Shown piece after piece: positions 48,139-62,765 of a DNA stretch of 64,000 bases (within the stretch, counting starts at the first letter, position 1; each line of letters starts with the position of its first letter). Source of the DNA: Setoptus koraiensis. Taxonomy: Eukaryota; Animalia; Arthropoda. A program made the translations under genes and the position numbers. The notes beneath the pieces are model-generated. The model ran no database searches. It saw nothing but the letters and a program-made list of their open reading frames with translations, and had not been told where the DNA came from. The DNA lies in NCBI GenBank assembly GCA_048013815.1, contig CM106585.1, forward strand, positions 21,638,001 through 21,702,000, read 5' to 3'.

Positions 48139-49906
48139 TTAATGTGCAGTCGCTATACAACTACAATTGCACAATTGCTATATTTTTGTTTGTCATGCCG
48201 GAAGTGGCATACATCTCAATTGTCATTTGGCAGGCGGCTTTTTCGCCTCTTTTCTTTTTTCCATTGCAAGATTAGATTAGAGCCAGGCCAGTTCAAGTTA
48301 GAGCCAGCAGCTGACAGTAAGTCACTGTGGCAACAACTAGGCCGAAACTTATTTCTTTGGGTTCTGCCAGACAACAAAATGTAATCGTTTCCCTGTGTTT
48401 ACCAATTCAATCCAGTCCGATATCGCTCGAATAAAAGCCAATATAAGTATGGCCAGCGAGCAACGGAGCTCAATGTCTCTCTATTTTGCGTCGATTCCAT
48501 TTTTGCTAAAATAAAATCGACAACGCAAAACACAAATCAATGAGCAATATCAATTGAATAATTGAATTATTCATTTCAATTAAATATCACCGATTCCAGA
48601 GATCTCTCCAATTGATTATTCTATAGCCTGTGATAGCGCAATTTCGGTTAGCGAGCCGGCTTTTAGTATTCGATTCGAAGCTCATTTTGGGTTTAAATCC
48701 GATCGGTTTGCACCCAAGACCCGATTTTATGGCTTTTGGCCTTGTCCTGCTATTGGCCTTAATCGGCCCAAACTATTAAATGTAATAAAAGCCAATAGTG
48801 GCCATTTTATCAACAATTTATGTCAATTGAAGCCAATAAGGGTCCAATCGGGCTTCTATAAAAAAGGTCGGGCAAGAAGCCATTAAAGCCCCATTTCGCC
48901 TTTATTACGGCCTTCATTGAATGAAATTCATTCTATAATGAAGGTCAGTTATAATAATTAGTTATTATAATTTAGGCCAGCACACTGATTGACAATCAGT
49001 GATTGTGGCCTGAATCAACTGGCGACTCAATCGGCAACAGATAAATCAAGTGTGAGTAAGTGCGTGAATTAGCAAATTGACGAAGTGAGTCGAATTGAGT
49101 TGCGTCTCACAATATAAAATAATACGAAATAAGATCACTAATGAATCATTAGTAATGATCTTAACTCGCTAACAAATTGTTAGTAACAATGCTGGCGTTG
49201 CAAGCGCAACGAGGCCGAACATTGGTTGCAGTGGTCATCCACTGACTCCACTTAGATGTGTTGAGTGTATCTTGTCAGTTACACAGGCGACAAGACCGAC
49301 TTGCAATATGATATTCATATGATATGTTGCGTAAATATCTTATGTAACGTTGCATCGCACACTCTTGATGCATGACATAACGGCACGAACGAGGGGCAAA
49401 CGAGAATAAATATAAGAATAGATATAAACAAATAATAATAATAATATAATGTCAATTGTGTTCAGGTAAATATAGGTGCTGTATGAAAATAAAACAATTC
49501 AATTGGTATATTTACGGTGACTCATTGTGATTCACTTGGCCGGGCGTTACAGTTGGCACAGTTAGTTTGACAGTTACTGTTGTTGTCTAGGCAGTGGACA
49601 GACTCAAGCCACGAAGTGGCACATGGACACACAAACAAGCAGAGCATTGCAACGAGTGGTCATTGTTTGTGTCTGTCAATTGTTTTAGCGCCCCCTTCTA
49701 CTTTGTGCGCTCCGTGTGTGTATGTGTCACCTGAGCTACAGATATATAATAATCTATTGTTGTAGCAGAGAAGAAAAATTGCAATTGCGCAATTGCACGT
49801 GCCGAGTCGTGCGAGCAAGGGGGCGCACAGTTCAAGTCGGTTATGCGTGAACTGGCCTCCCACGCACAAGCGAACAACAAAAGAGAGACACTTTCTCGGG
49901 TGCTAC

Positions 49907-49990
49907 ATGGTGCTTTATGGTGCTCTATGGTGCTCTATGGTGCCTCGTGGTGCTTCATAGGGCCTCGTGGTGGTGCATGGTGCGTGGTGG
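49907..49990. repeat. Degenerate 10-bp tandem repeat (ATGGTGCTCT-like)
   Basis: Direct reading. Confidence 0.75.
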
Positions 49991-50470
49991 TGCGCAACTG
50001 TGGTATATGGTTGGTGCAGTGTGCAAGTAGCAAGCGTTTCCATTAACTAGTTAGTAGCAAACTAGGTCACACTGTTTGTCATCGATTATCTCTCTGCTAG
50101 CCAGAGTTGGTTAGCCAGAGTTAGTTAGCTTGTACAGTAGTGTTATTCTCACTGTTGGCACTCACCTCCATACAGCACAAGCCATGCAACCAAGCAACTG
50201 AATACGTTATTACGTAATGCAAGCGCCAGCTATTTCGCGCTATCTCACCTCACGCGCTATTGGCGGCCGATTTAACTATTTAGTTTGCTGTTGGTGTCTT
50301 GGCGTTGCCGATGCAATCTATTCCGTCTAATCTAATCCAATGCTCGACTGCTATGAATACTCGCGTTATTTGTGTGTATAGGTGTTAATCATGTGTGAAT
50401 CATTTATAACCATACTGTGATCTGGATTTTGGATGGAAGCGCGATTACCCTGATGGCATGACAAACAGCT

Positions 50471-50543
50471 CACTCACCGACTGTGACTCTCGACGACTGT
50501 GACTCACCGACTGTGACTCTCACCGACTGTGAGTCTCGCAGTT
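50471..50543. repeat. Short tandem repeat (CACCGACTGTGACT(CT) x~4)
   Basis: Direct reading. Confidence 0.75.
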
Positions 50544-53500
50544 GACTCACGGTGATGTCGCCAGGCTGCCCTGACCGGGATAATTCACAACGTGAGGTGA
50601 TACGCCAAAAATAATGACACATTTCTCTTCTGGCCGTTAGGCGGCCCAATATCCGCTCAGGCCGCTATTGCATCATATCTTGCATCATATGCGGTCAAAG
50701 TGGAACATATGGCTATATAAACATAAGGTGGACAAGAGGCCAGAGCGACGTTGATGCCAATTCGATTCAATTTGCGGGGCTCTGAAAACAGCGGCAACAT
50801 TATGCAAATTATGCGGCTAAATTATGGTGTTACCACGACAGCTCGCTCATTCGTATTGTGACCGCAGTGATTTTCAGATGGGTCGACTCTTGATTTGTCT
50901 CATCACAAATTCATGCCAACTGATTCTATTTGATTGTATCCAGAGGAAATGGCCGGAAATTTCCATTTACGCGCCACCAACTTGAGGACAATTGGAGGTG
51001 AAAAAATTATGATAAAACTACCAGTGGCGGCCTCTGCCAGCGAAAAGCAGTGAGCTGAACAAGAGCACTTATTTATATTTGACTGCGACTCACGAAAGCC
51101 AAAATAAATAAAATATGAATAAGCGGACCTTCGTAGGCGGCCAAATATTCGAGTCACCATGCTCGCAAGTTACTTACAACAGATAGAGCAAGATAGACAG
51201 ACAGCAAATTACGTCATGTATTGTCAGATGATGCAATGTCTATTTGCAATGTCTATGCGCGCAATTTAATCATTTGGCGCATCATCTTTTTGGCCGGTGG
51301 GGGCCCCACGAAATTGTCCAAACAAAAAGCGTGTCCGCACGGTGTTATTATTGTTGGTCTGGTGTGTGTAACGGTGCATATTGTTGTGTGCCCATTCATG
51401 TATATATTCGTATATATTCATGTGTTTACCTTTCGGGGCAGCAAGCCGCTCGAATTAGTATGAAAATCTCTCTCTCTGCACTGGCGACAATCTCTCAATA
51501 GTTGAGCCTGCAGACTGCGATAAAAGCGAATTTGAAGCGAATTATAGCCAACAATGGCTAAACTCTAATACTATAATCTAAAACTAATAATGGCCACTAT
51601 TATTAGTTTTAGATAACTCACCGTTACTCGCCATTCTATCACTATCAGCTGCTTGCCACACTGTTGTCGCGCTAGCTCGTTGCGTCACACTGCCGGTATC
51701 AAAACAAGATAACGGTAAGCTCGCTAACAAGCTCAAGCTAAAATTAGTCGCTATTATATAACACGAGCTACATATAACATAAGCTATACGCTATAAGCAG
51801 AGGGCGCAATCGAGACCATAATGGAGAGCAAGTTGCGTAACAGCGCGACCTGTCCACCATTACTGACAGCTTATTATTATTATTGTTATTATTATTTTGG
51901 CTGGCCAGCGCAAACTCACCCACAGCCGCCACAAATCCATCCAAATATCCAAATATAAATAGACATTATAAATAGGCATACCTGCGCGCAGCGCCATATC
52001 TGGCACAGTTGTCTGTCATTTGCATATATTTAAATCGGCTTGCGACTCGAATTCGAATCGGCCAGTCGTAAGCCGAAATTGACTCGCTTACTGTAACCGC
52101 ATTTTGCTGTAATTGCATCGTATGGCGTATTTGTTGGGCCACGCGACTTGTTTGTGGGGCGACCAACAAACGGCAGCAAGATTCCTCATTTAAGTTAAGT
52201 CTTGTAACTTTAATGATAATATTGCACAACTGACCTGGTTGTGCGATATTGTTGTGCGATATTGTGCTCAATCGTGCTCAATTGAGCTCAATTGTGCGGC
52301 CTGTGCGCACCTGGCATGAGTGACCAACAGCCATGTATTTATATTTGGACATATGTCCATGTCCAGTGACTGTCTCTATGTAGCGATTGTCTGGCTCAGC
52401 TTGCAAGCAAGCCGCCCAATAAAGTCACTGGGGCACCAACAAGCGACAGCGACATTGACAGCTCGTCAGCCCGATGAAAGGCCCCCAATCGAAGGGCATC
52501 CTTGGCTCGATAATGTCCAACACTGTCAGTGGTCAGCACTGTCAGCGGTCAACACTGAAACATGTCGCTGTCTGGCACCAATTTCCGGCCATACAAACAC
52601 TTCCGCTTGGTTGTTGTTTATTGGACTGTCATTTGTGCTACCAATGACAATAAATATTTAACGGCAAATCCTTCGAATCGTCCTCTGGCTCACTTGTTAT
52701 GCCTCACGAGCGCGTCATCGTTATCGTTACGTTACTGGCTTTGTCGTGATATCGCTTCGTCGTTATATCACTTGGTCGTTGTGTCGCTTTGTCGTCATGT
52801 CGCTTGCTCGCGTATCGCCAGCCATCTCTGGTGGTCAGTGCAAATAAAGGGCTCCACTGTGCCGATCTCGCAGCCAACAATTGCCACAATTGTCCGGAGT
52901 GCGCACTACACTACAGACGTCGTGCCATCAGATATCAATATACACGTATATCTGGCGTGGGCACCTCTGATTGATTGATTGCTTGCTGAATATTGGCCAG
53001 ACTGGCCGCACAATGGCAACGACACTTGCTATTGGCCAACTGACAGCTGAGTTGCACTCTAACTGAACACTTAATATGGGTGTTGCTGTCTTATGGAAGT
53101 GGACTGAATTTGATTACTATTGTGCCGGCTGACCTCTGTGTGTGTATTGATTTGCTTGCAACGGTGTCCATTGGACCGCTGACTCGATCGGGCCAAACGA
53201 TAGCGACAGAGCGCCCTCTAATAGAGCTTGCAATTATCGCCTTCACGCCCGTGCTTGCACTAACTTGTAGCCACACAACAAAATACTGACAATGCGCTCA
53301 CAGTGATTGCGACAAGAGAAATTAGTTTACAATAATTAGGTTACTGACCAGTGCAATTCTCGTCAAGTTGAGCTGGCTCGTTCTCGATTTGGCTCATTGA
53401 CTGCACTTGTTAACTGACAACAAGCCACTTGTTATGTCCAGTGTTTCGTGTAGTGGCCGCTATCGCTCGCAATGTCGCTAGGCGCACTCACCTGAGTCAG

Positions 53501-54989
53501 GTGACCTGACACATGTGACCGACCCGAGCATAACTGGTTGGTTGTGAGTGGCCACCTAGTGGCGCACACCCACAGATACACCTAGCGAGTCTCTACTAGA
53601 GACACACCAAATCTCCGGGCTGGCGATACACAAACAAACAAACAAAACAAGCAACCGACCAACCAACCAACAAACCAATAACAAACATGGCTGCAAATCG
53701 TAATTGCGCAATGCGCGCCACACATTCCAACTTGCCTAGACACTTGTCTGCCAGCTTGCCAAGGGGCTTGCCAGAGAGAAAGGGGAGAGAGAGGGAGAGG
53801 GAGATAGAGAGAGAGAGAGGGAGAGACCCCCGAGGCACGACAAACAGAGTGTCTCATTAGTGGCTCATGTGCGACCAGTTAATTGAGTTTCGCACACAAT
53901 GGGCATCGGGCAAAGGGGATAATGGGAAAAATAAGGCTAAAAAAGGGGGCGCCAACAGTTTGTTGGTTGCATTTGCGTAAATAGCAGCAATCTATAATTC
54001 AATTTAGTCGCTAACTCGTTACAATCTAACTCCTACGCTTTTGCTGGCCCGCTCGTGGCGCCACGTGCAACGTGACCAGAAACAGTCACAGATTGGAGGG
54101 GAACGTGACGATGACCAGCAATCGTGTCACCGTACTGGACAGCGCAGTGGCATGATAACACGGCGTTATTATGATTGCGTTGGTTTGTTGCCAATTGCAA
54201 CAACTAATCGACATGGCCGAGATTGACGTTTGTGGCGCACTCTCTCAACATGACCTGTGGGCCTGTCACTGTTTGTGTGGCCCAAAATGAGCTTGCCAAC
54301 GCTTCTTTTTGCAGGGAAATTTCGCAGAACAGCCCCCAAACCTTTTAATGGCTAAAAGCGCGCCGTGTTGAGACCATACCCTTCACAGCGGCCACGAAAA
54401 TGCCCATTTTGCTGCGGCGGCGGCAGCGGCAGCGGAGCAAACTGCAAAAAGTTTAATTAGAATGTATCGTGTCCAGAGCGATTTGGCAATTGTGATGAGG
54501 CGCTCGTGTTGAGGGCGCCACTAATTAGTTTCCGCGTGTGTGTGTGCGTCGGACGTGACTAATGAACTCTCGGCCGCACATTTCACGACGAGCACTTCGG
54601 CCGCGGCCCCCATCGCTCACAGACTGTGAGTCACAGTGAGTTTGCGAGGGCCCCCAGCGAGGCCCGGCCGGCCAGCTCGACTCGACAAGATAAATGGTAA
54701 TAGGCACGGCTAATTGGAGATACAATCGCAACTAACTGGAAGCTGTGACAAATTGCGCCAAAGTGCGGCCGGCAAACTTTGGGGCCCGACACGCACACAC
54801 ACACACACACGGATTGCATGTATATGTATAATAAGCCCATTATATTTCGGTGGCAATTGCATGTATATCCATACATAAAAAAACTTATTCGGGTTACGCA
54901 ACCATTACGATATTGCGCCGCTCTGAATCATTCAGCCAGAGTCCAGAGATGACGCGACCAGAATACGATGACAAAATGACAAAACTCAC

Positions 54990-55141
54990 CTTTTATCACT
55001 GGCAAACTTTTGTTTCCACAATTTGGATCGATTGTTGCTGTTGCTATTGGCCGGTGGGACACTATTGCTATTATCATTATTATTGATATTATTATCTTGC
55101 TTGTTTGCCTGCTTGCCGGCCGAATTAAATTGAGTTGCCAA

Positions 55142-55172
<31 letters not shown>

Positions 55173-56046
55173 TTGCTGTTGTTACTGCTGTTGTTGTTGG
55201 AGCCCTTGGGTGCTGCCTTGGTGTCCTTTGTGGCCGCTGTTGGCGCTGCGGGCAACGGCTGCGCGGCCCCAACGGCCGGGCCCTGATCCCCTGGCGAGCT
55301 GGCGGTGTCATTAGTGTTATTGGTGTCTTCGTATTCTTCATATTCGTACTCTTGCGAATTGTTACCTAACAACTGCGCCGTGCTGCTTGGCACGGGGGTT
55401 GTTGATGTTGTTGTGCTGGTTGTTGTTGTTGTTGTGACCTTGTTAGATTTATTGCGATTGTTGGACATCTTTCTGATGTTCGGATATTGTCTTAATTGCT
55501 GCTGTATCAAATATCTCGCTTGCTTATCTCTGATTGTGTGCTTCTCATCGTCTGCCCACTCTATTAGTGGTGACGCTTTATCTCTCGCAGCGTGGACAGA
55601 ATTTCTCTTGTTCCTTGTGTTTGATAATTGTTGTTGTCGGTGCAGCTTGTTTTTATGATCGTCGGGCATGTTAGCCGGTCCAGCAGTAGTAAATAATGTT
55701 GTTGTTGTTGTTGCTGTTGTTGTGCCGATTTCTGGTGCACTACCATTGTTGTTGGCCGGCATATCGCCGACAGACTGCGCTGTTGTTTGTCGGCTGTTTG
55801 GCCCCAATTGCACGCTCACTGATTTAGTAATGTTGCCGCTGTCGTTCTTATCCGTTCTCACCATGGCATATCCAACATTTGAGCCAGCACTGCTGTTAAT
55901 GCTATTTCTACTACTGGACTGTTGCTCGGTCTCATATCTGGCCTCACTGGTGACAGTGCCAAGAAGCAGCGAGTCGCTGTTGTTGTTGGTGTGGGACCCG
56001 CCGACAATTGTTGTTGTAGCTTCTTTTTGTATGTCGTGTGTGTTGC
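54990..56046 (-). CDS. Large low-complexity (T/N/S/Q-rich) internal exon of an unidentified, probably secreted protein
   Basis: 1057-nt open exon bounded by an acceptor CACACAG|GC (phase 1) and a donor AAAG|GTGAGT (phase 2). Contains a dibasic RNKR site and QEYEYEEYED. Phase matches the upstream signal-peptide exon. Confidence 0.65.
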
Positions 56047-59000
56047 CTGTGTGAGACAGTCGGATAATTTGGGCCAGTTTGTTACATGAAAATGAATTTG
56101 TAGTTGCGTTTGTGTTGTGTTTGTGTTTGTATATAACAAGCATAGAGCGGGAGAGACAGTTTTATATTATCAGATCAATTTTGTGCTTGCGCTGCTGCAT
56201 TTTATTATGTAATGTTTATTGGTTGCATTGGTTGCAGTGTTGTTGCGATCCGTCGTTTGAGTGCATTTTACCAACAATACCCGATACGCGAACACACAAA
56301 CAAACCCACTAGTCGGGCTTAAAAGATCTATTCTGGCTGCTGATTTATTTCTATGTTAATGACAACTGAAACTTGAAAACACCGCAAACTAATGGACAAG
56401 TGGGGCTGCATTTTTCACTTGTGATGAAACCATAATCATAATAGCACCCACAGATCATATAACAGCAACGGCAACTCGACGAAGCCATCGCCAGCCACGG
56501 GATAGCGGCCTCGTTCGATTCATCCGGATCGATCGATCCCATTCGTCCGATCGATCCCATTCTTGCCATCGATCCGGTGGCAAAAAACGTGGCAGCTCCG
56601 CATTGTGGCTGCCGATGATCGGTGTCGAGAGAACACCGAAAATAAGTCGCTGCTTTGTATTGGTGCCTGCTCAGTGCGGATAGTGCCAAATTACAGCCAG
56701 ATAAGATTGATACGAATCGCCAGCCAGAAAGTCGTTAGAGTTTGCGCAAACCCACAATTGTGAGTCGCACTATCGATCAGCAGGGATAACACAATCGGTT
56801 ATTAGCAGAAATTTTTCTACGGATGGCAAAAGCCTGAAACTTGGCGAAATCTGTCACAGATCTTGAAAGCCCCAATTGTGTCGACCGAAAGCACTCAATT
56901 TGGGCAATTTCTGTCATGAGAACAGAAAAATTCATAGCAGCCTACCTCTGCCACGAATTGTGGGCCATGATCAATAATTTTGAAAGTGAAAAAAGGGAAA
57001 AATCGGATGCTGATAGCGTGAAAAGCAATTTCGAACAGTATTTTCGGGTTTTGCCGAATCTGCCCATTCTGTGGTGCCCGCATATCAGCTCAATATCAGC
57101 TTAAAATCAGCCACTTGGAGAGCTTGACAGCATCTGAGCGGCGAAGCCAACATGGTCATTATCGCGACGGTATATTTTTCATTTTGATGACTGCAACATC
57201 GCATTTCGGAAGGGGCCTCGATGAGGGGCCGAGAAGAATGCGACGTTCGATTGTGCGATACGAATCGCAGGTTTGAGATGGCAAACGACAAATCGGCAAT
57301 GCGAAATCAAATCGGATTGGATCGATTGCGAGCTTGATCTCCGACAGTCTCGACGAGCACGAGAGCTAATCCAATATTCATGTTAGACACTTTTTGTCCG
57401 TTTTGTCGTCCATTACATAAGTGCTTTGGGCCGGCAAAGAGGCTGATGTGTTCTCGCACGCTTGCACGATTCGCCAGCGCTCAGTTCAACAAGCCGACGA
57501 GCCGACTAGCCGACTAACTTAGCAAAATTACCTGCAACATGGCTGCAAGCGAGCCTGTTTTATGTTTTTTGGGGCGCAATTGCAGCGCATAAACATAGAA
57601 AAATAGACATAGAAAGTGAGTGGAAATCTGAGCGAGTCGGTGGTTCCGATTGGACAAGTGCGCACCAACTTTTATATATCTATATATATATATATTTATA
57701 TATATATAAACTAATGCGTTTTATCGTCACCATATTGGTCACGGTCGTCGCCGTCATCGTGGCCTCCTCGAGGGGAACCATGCAAAGAACCAATGAAAAC
57801 CAATGAACGAATGTTTGTCGGCGCGGCTGCAAATGCGACGGGCGAGTTTTTCATTAAAAATAGAAATATCTCCGTGCCGACATTTACATTATTCACTTGA
57901 CATCGAGTGGGGCGCACTCTTTTCGATTCTTTCCGATCCGATCCAGACCGAGCCGTTGCGCTAACTCCGCTTCTTCCTCTCTGCTGGGATTCTTGTCCGC
58001 TTGCGTGGGTGGACGTGATGCATCTTAATCTTGTCGTATAGGCTCTTTACTACTATTACTTCACTATTAGTTGTAGTCGGCTTGTTTGGGCCCCTGTCTG
58101 GCGGAGTTTAGCAAGTTTACTTTGTGCTTTAGAGCGGGCCCAAGTCGCTCTCCTAATCCCATCCAGCGAGCCACTGTTAGGGTTGGTGGCAGAGTTCGGG
58201 GCCAGAGACGGGCAACGAGACTTGGATGTGCCCCCCATTCGGTTGCACATTTGTTGTAAGTGGCTTTCATTCTCTCATGATGCCATTGACTCTTTCACCG
58301 AGCGCCGCCAACAGCCCCAAGACCCCATCGAGGCACGGGGCCCAGCGAGCGCGCCCCGCAAAAGCCCAGCAAAATGCAGTAAAACGCGGATATTTTGTGG
58401 ACAAAGCTGGCGGCCGGCGGAAAGCCAGCGTCGAGCGCGTATTACGTAACAATGACCTAATTCTCTCTCTCTCTCTCTTTCTCGCTGTTGCGGCCATTTG
58501 TTGTCGGTTTGGGGGCAGCAGAAGCAGCGCCAGTTCATTGCAATTCAGATGACGCCCAGCTACCTACTATTTACTATCGGCCGTCGAGCCGTCTACACGA
58601 CCGCTAGATGGCTCGACTGGCACACTGGCGATAGATCGCCTGGCGTCGGATAATAATTGTGGCCAAGGATAGAAATAGGCGAGGCGAGATATTAAATTCG
58701 TCTGGTCAATTTGTCTGAATTGATGCACGTCACGCCGCTGGTTTTAGGCTGGCCGGCACACAACAACACGCCGTCTGGCAAACAATTGATGATCTGTTCG
58801 ACCTTACTCAATCTATCTAGTCGCCCCGTAATCTAGTTAATTTACCACGTGCTGACGTCATTTGCGCTTTGCCCAACGGCTACAGCTCGTGCGGCCAGCC
58901 AAAAATAACTCTACCTTTACAGTTATATCAGTTGGCTATTGCAACTGCCGGTTATTTCCGTCCACTGGTGCCCGTTTGCGACACATTATAGGCACACACT

Positions 59001-60614
59001 CATCATTGTTTAATATACAATCGTCTGTACAAAATTGTGCTAATAATTATTATTATTATTATCACTACTATTGTGTTTATAATTAAGACATGTAACCGTT
59101 GCAAACAAATCGATTATAACGGTATCCCAACAAATCATTGCAATTCAATTGCATTTGTAATTGATTTGACGACAATTTCGAAATTGATTCACGCAACAAC
59201 CGCTCGCATCGCATAATCGCTTAGAATATGCCGTTACGCAATTCTACAATCGACACAATGTCCGTAGTGTGCATCTGACACAATTGGCTCACAGTGGGCA
59301 GTTCAAACGATGAATTGATAGCACATATTAATGAGTTATCGAAAACATACCGACAAGATGGCTGATTGGGCTTCGAAGTGGCGCCTCGATGATTGTCAGT
59401 AAACACCAACCGCCGAGACAGAATCTTCACTGCGATTCCGGTGAAAATCGCTGCCAGGGATTTTTTTCTTGGAGACTATTTTGGATTTTTTGAAAATAAC
59501 AGATATTCCCTCGACAATGGCGCCACCAGAAAATTGATTTGAGCCCCGCTGGGACCAGATTCATTCAATTTGCCATTTTTTCATCACCTAATTCGCAAGT
59601 CTATGTTTTTCGATTGTTGGTTTGATTGAAAAATATTACGAAAATCATATTGCCGAAATTCATTCTGTCATTTTGCAGTGTTTAGTGGTTGCCCACTAAA
59701 AACTGAATTTGCTGAAAATGCTGAAGTTGGATGCCGCTTCAGCGTAACTGCATCCCAGCTGAACTAGCTTTGTCTCTCAAGCATGATCGACATGTCTCAA
59801 CAAACGCTTGCTCCTCTGATTTGAGCCATTTGAATCGCTCAAATCGCAATGATTGCGGCGAAGCGACTGCACTGAGTCGCTCGTCAACTGCACGCGAAAC
59901 TACCGGTCATTCTGTGCAAACTTGCCACTCGTCAGAGATCTGGGCTTCTGACTTCAATTGCGTTTGGTGGGGCCGAATGCGAAATACTTGTATTGCTCGC
60001 ACTGTCGGTGCGCTTGTTAGTCAAATATGTGGCACGGTCACGATTGTTGGAGTGGTTGCAGCAGTAATGCAAACACCGGTTGGAGCGACAGCACGAATGG
60101 GGCCAGTTCGGCGGGGGCCCAGAGAACAGGTCAAACAGTATAGAGATCTACGCATTAGACTGTCTACGGTCTAGTGCGGCCCTACGGTCTAATGCGGCCG
60201 GCAGCACCGGCAACCGACAAATAGTTTGAATAAGTTATCCAAAACAAACAATGCCTTCAGCGCGACCAGCCAGGTATTGCGACTGACTGTGTGTCGAATA
60301 AATTTGTTGTCAGCTGGGGTGAATCGTTGTGTAACGTTGTCGAATTGTCGGGTAAGACGGGTGCCAGTGTGGTCAGATCGGTGGCGATGCCTGGCGATGT
60401 CTCAAACAAGTCAAAGAATTGCCAACGGAATGCGATTATCTGGTCGCATCGGTAATTTCATCAAATCGAATTGCTCGCGGTGTTACTTTTGCTTAAAATG
60501 GTGCCACACAATTTGCAACAATGCACAATGACGCACAATAAATTAACGCACACAGAACAACAACAACAACAACAGCAACGAGAAATTTAATTTTATTTTA
60601 TTTACCTGTCTTAC

Positions 60615-60693
60615 CTGGCGATGGCGGCGACGACAATTGTGCATTGTATATTGATTGTCTTGGGATTGTTGTTGTGTGGCTGTTGTTGATGTC

Positions 60694-60725
<32 letters not shown>

Positions 60726-60864
60726 CGGAGCTAGTTGCATCACAGTAGACATAATGGTTGTCGTAATGGGGGCACGATAGCGCTATCAGAAGCAGCGTTA
60801 ATAACACAAAATTCAGTGGTTTGTTGTGTTTTGTTGTCGAGTGCCTGTGACTCACTGAGGCCAT
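60615..60864 (-). CDS. Probable first coding exon (signal peptide) of the same secreted protein
   Basis: MASVSHRHSTTKHNKPLNFVLLTLLLIALSCPHYDNHYVYC-DATSS...SPPSPG ending CCAG|GTAAGA (phase 1). Upstream in-frame start candidates at 60879 (ATG) and 60918. Confidence 0.55.
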
Positions 60865-61087
60865 CTCAATCTTACTCATGTGGCTGCTGATTGTGTGACG
60901 CAATTCTGCGACTATCATGGTGATGCTGCTGCAGTTGATTTCAGTCGTGTAATTTGTTGCCTAATTTCTGTGCGATTTGTCGTGTGATTTGTCGTGTGAT
61001 TTGTGTGATTGTCGATCGCCAAGACGCTGGCACCGTCGCGGAGAGTGAGTGCAATTTTGCGCGTTTCTCGTCTCGTCGAAACTATAC

Positions 61088-61140
61088 TTTTTGTGTCGAA
61101 ATTACACTTTTTGTGTCGAAATTACACTTTTTGTGCCGAA
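61088..61140. repeat. 20-bp tandem repeat (TTTTTGTGTCGAAATTACAC x~2.6)
   Basis: Direct reading. Confidence 0.85.
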
Positions 61141-61774
61141 AGTGTCACTATGTGCCGGTATAATACAATGTAATAATACTTGTTGTTGTATCTAATGTCT
61201 ACGGTGATGCTATTGCAATCAATGGTCGGCTTATCATTTGCGTGTGACCTGAAAATGCTGTTGCTGCTGCTGTTGCCATTTGCTTGAGCTGATGTGATAT
61301 TTACACAATATTTACAGTGGCGGGCAAGTGGCACAAAATCGGCAAATTCGAGCGGCCCCAAGTCGCTCTGCAATGGATAATTTATAATGAAACGCAATGC
61401 GAGCGAGCAATATAAACATAACGTCGTTGTTGTTATTACTGTTGTTGTTGTTGTTGTCGGTGTTGTTGCTGTGACAATGGTCGCGCAGAAAATAAACAGC
61501 AAAACGACAAATGAACGACAAGTCGCCAGAGTGCGTGTCGGGCATATAGCGACAATCGCGCGCAGCGCCAATGTGTCGCTATATGCCCATCGCACACACA
61601 TTGTGAGTCATTGGCTTAATGGGGGCCAGCGCGTGCGTGCTGCACATCAACCACTGAGCACACCACATAGCACCCGCGTCAGCGACCATATAGTCGGGGC
61701 CCCAGTTGCAGCGGCACAGCAACTTTGTAGGAATTGTGCGATCTAAATTTATAAAGCTGCGCACTGTGCACGTC

Positions 61775-61871
61775 TCACCATTGCACCATTGCACCATTGC
61801 ACCATTTCACTATTTCACTATGTCACTATTTCACTATTTCACCATTTCACTATTTCACTATTTCACTATTT
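61775..61871. repeat. 8-bp tandem repeats (CACCATTG, CACTATTT)
   Basis: Direct reading. Confidence 0.85.
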
Positions 61872-62765
61872 GGAGCGGTGCACTATTCAGAGCGGTGCAC
61901 CATTTATACCGCTGCACTATTTAGAGCGCTGGCCGGCTTTGCAAAGTGCATCGCAAACTGGTTACATAATACTCAAACTGTCCGCCACCGTACACTGTGG
62001 TGCAGTCATGATTTATGAGCACTTGAGCGCGTGAGCACAAGCGCTCGCTGGCAAGCTCGTGCGGGCGAGCTCGTGCCGGCGCATTGGCACAGTTAACAGA
62101 CTTGTTAGGCGTCTGCTAGGTGCTAATACAAATCGCGTTATAAGCGCCCAGACACACGCTGCAGCCAATTGAAAGCTGGCTCCCGCTTGCCAGTTGTCGG
62201 CACGCCGCGCCGGGCCGCTTGTCGCCCCGGAGTGGGGCCCCATTCTTTAATGCTTTATGCTAATCAAATTGATAATAACAGCGCCCCCTTGCTCAATATC
62301 AATCTAAACATATCACTGGCGCCAGCATCGCCAAACAATCGATAAGTGCGTGAACGCAATTCGCAACGACAGCTCGTTAGACATTTTAGTTGGCGCAGTT
62401 TACATTATACAGACTGTAATGATTAGAGAATATCAATCATGGAAGAGGCCACTCCACTGAGAGACAAAGGTCCAAACATTAAGTAAGCGTCGCCTTGGTC
62501 GCTGCAGAAATACTTAATTAACGACGGGCATTCGCCACCAACGCTTTGCGCCGCTCACCCAAACTTGTAGGGCCGGCAATTCTTAATTATCAGTTGTACA
62601 AGCTGTAAAATTAGTTGTGCACCCACTCCCATCTCCCCTGAGCTCACTTGAACCGCACCTTGTCTCCCACGAAACTCAGCCCTGAAAGCGAAACCACTTC
62701 CGCGTAACACCGCGAAAACCTTTCGACGAAATTCCACTTTCGGAGTATCTTTTTTTCCGGGTGCC

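Noticed and set aside
54545-54585. MCGREFISHVRRTH (- strand) resembling a relaxin/insulin B-chain
   Set aside because: The second B-chain Cys is absent (H at that position); no A-chain found and no supporting acceptor.
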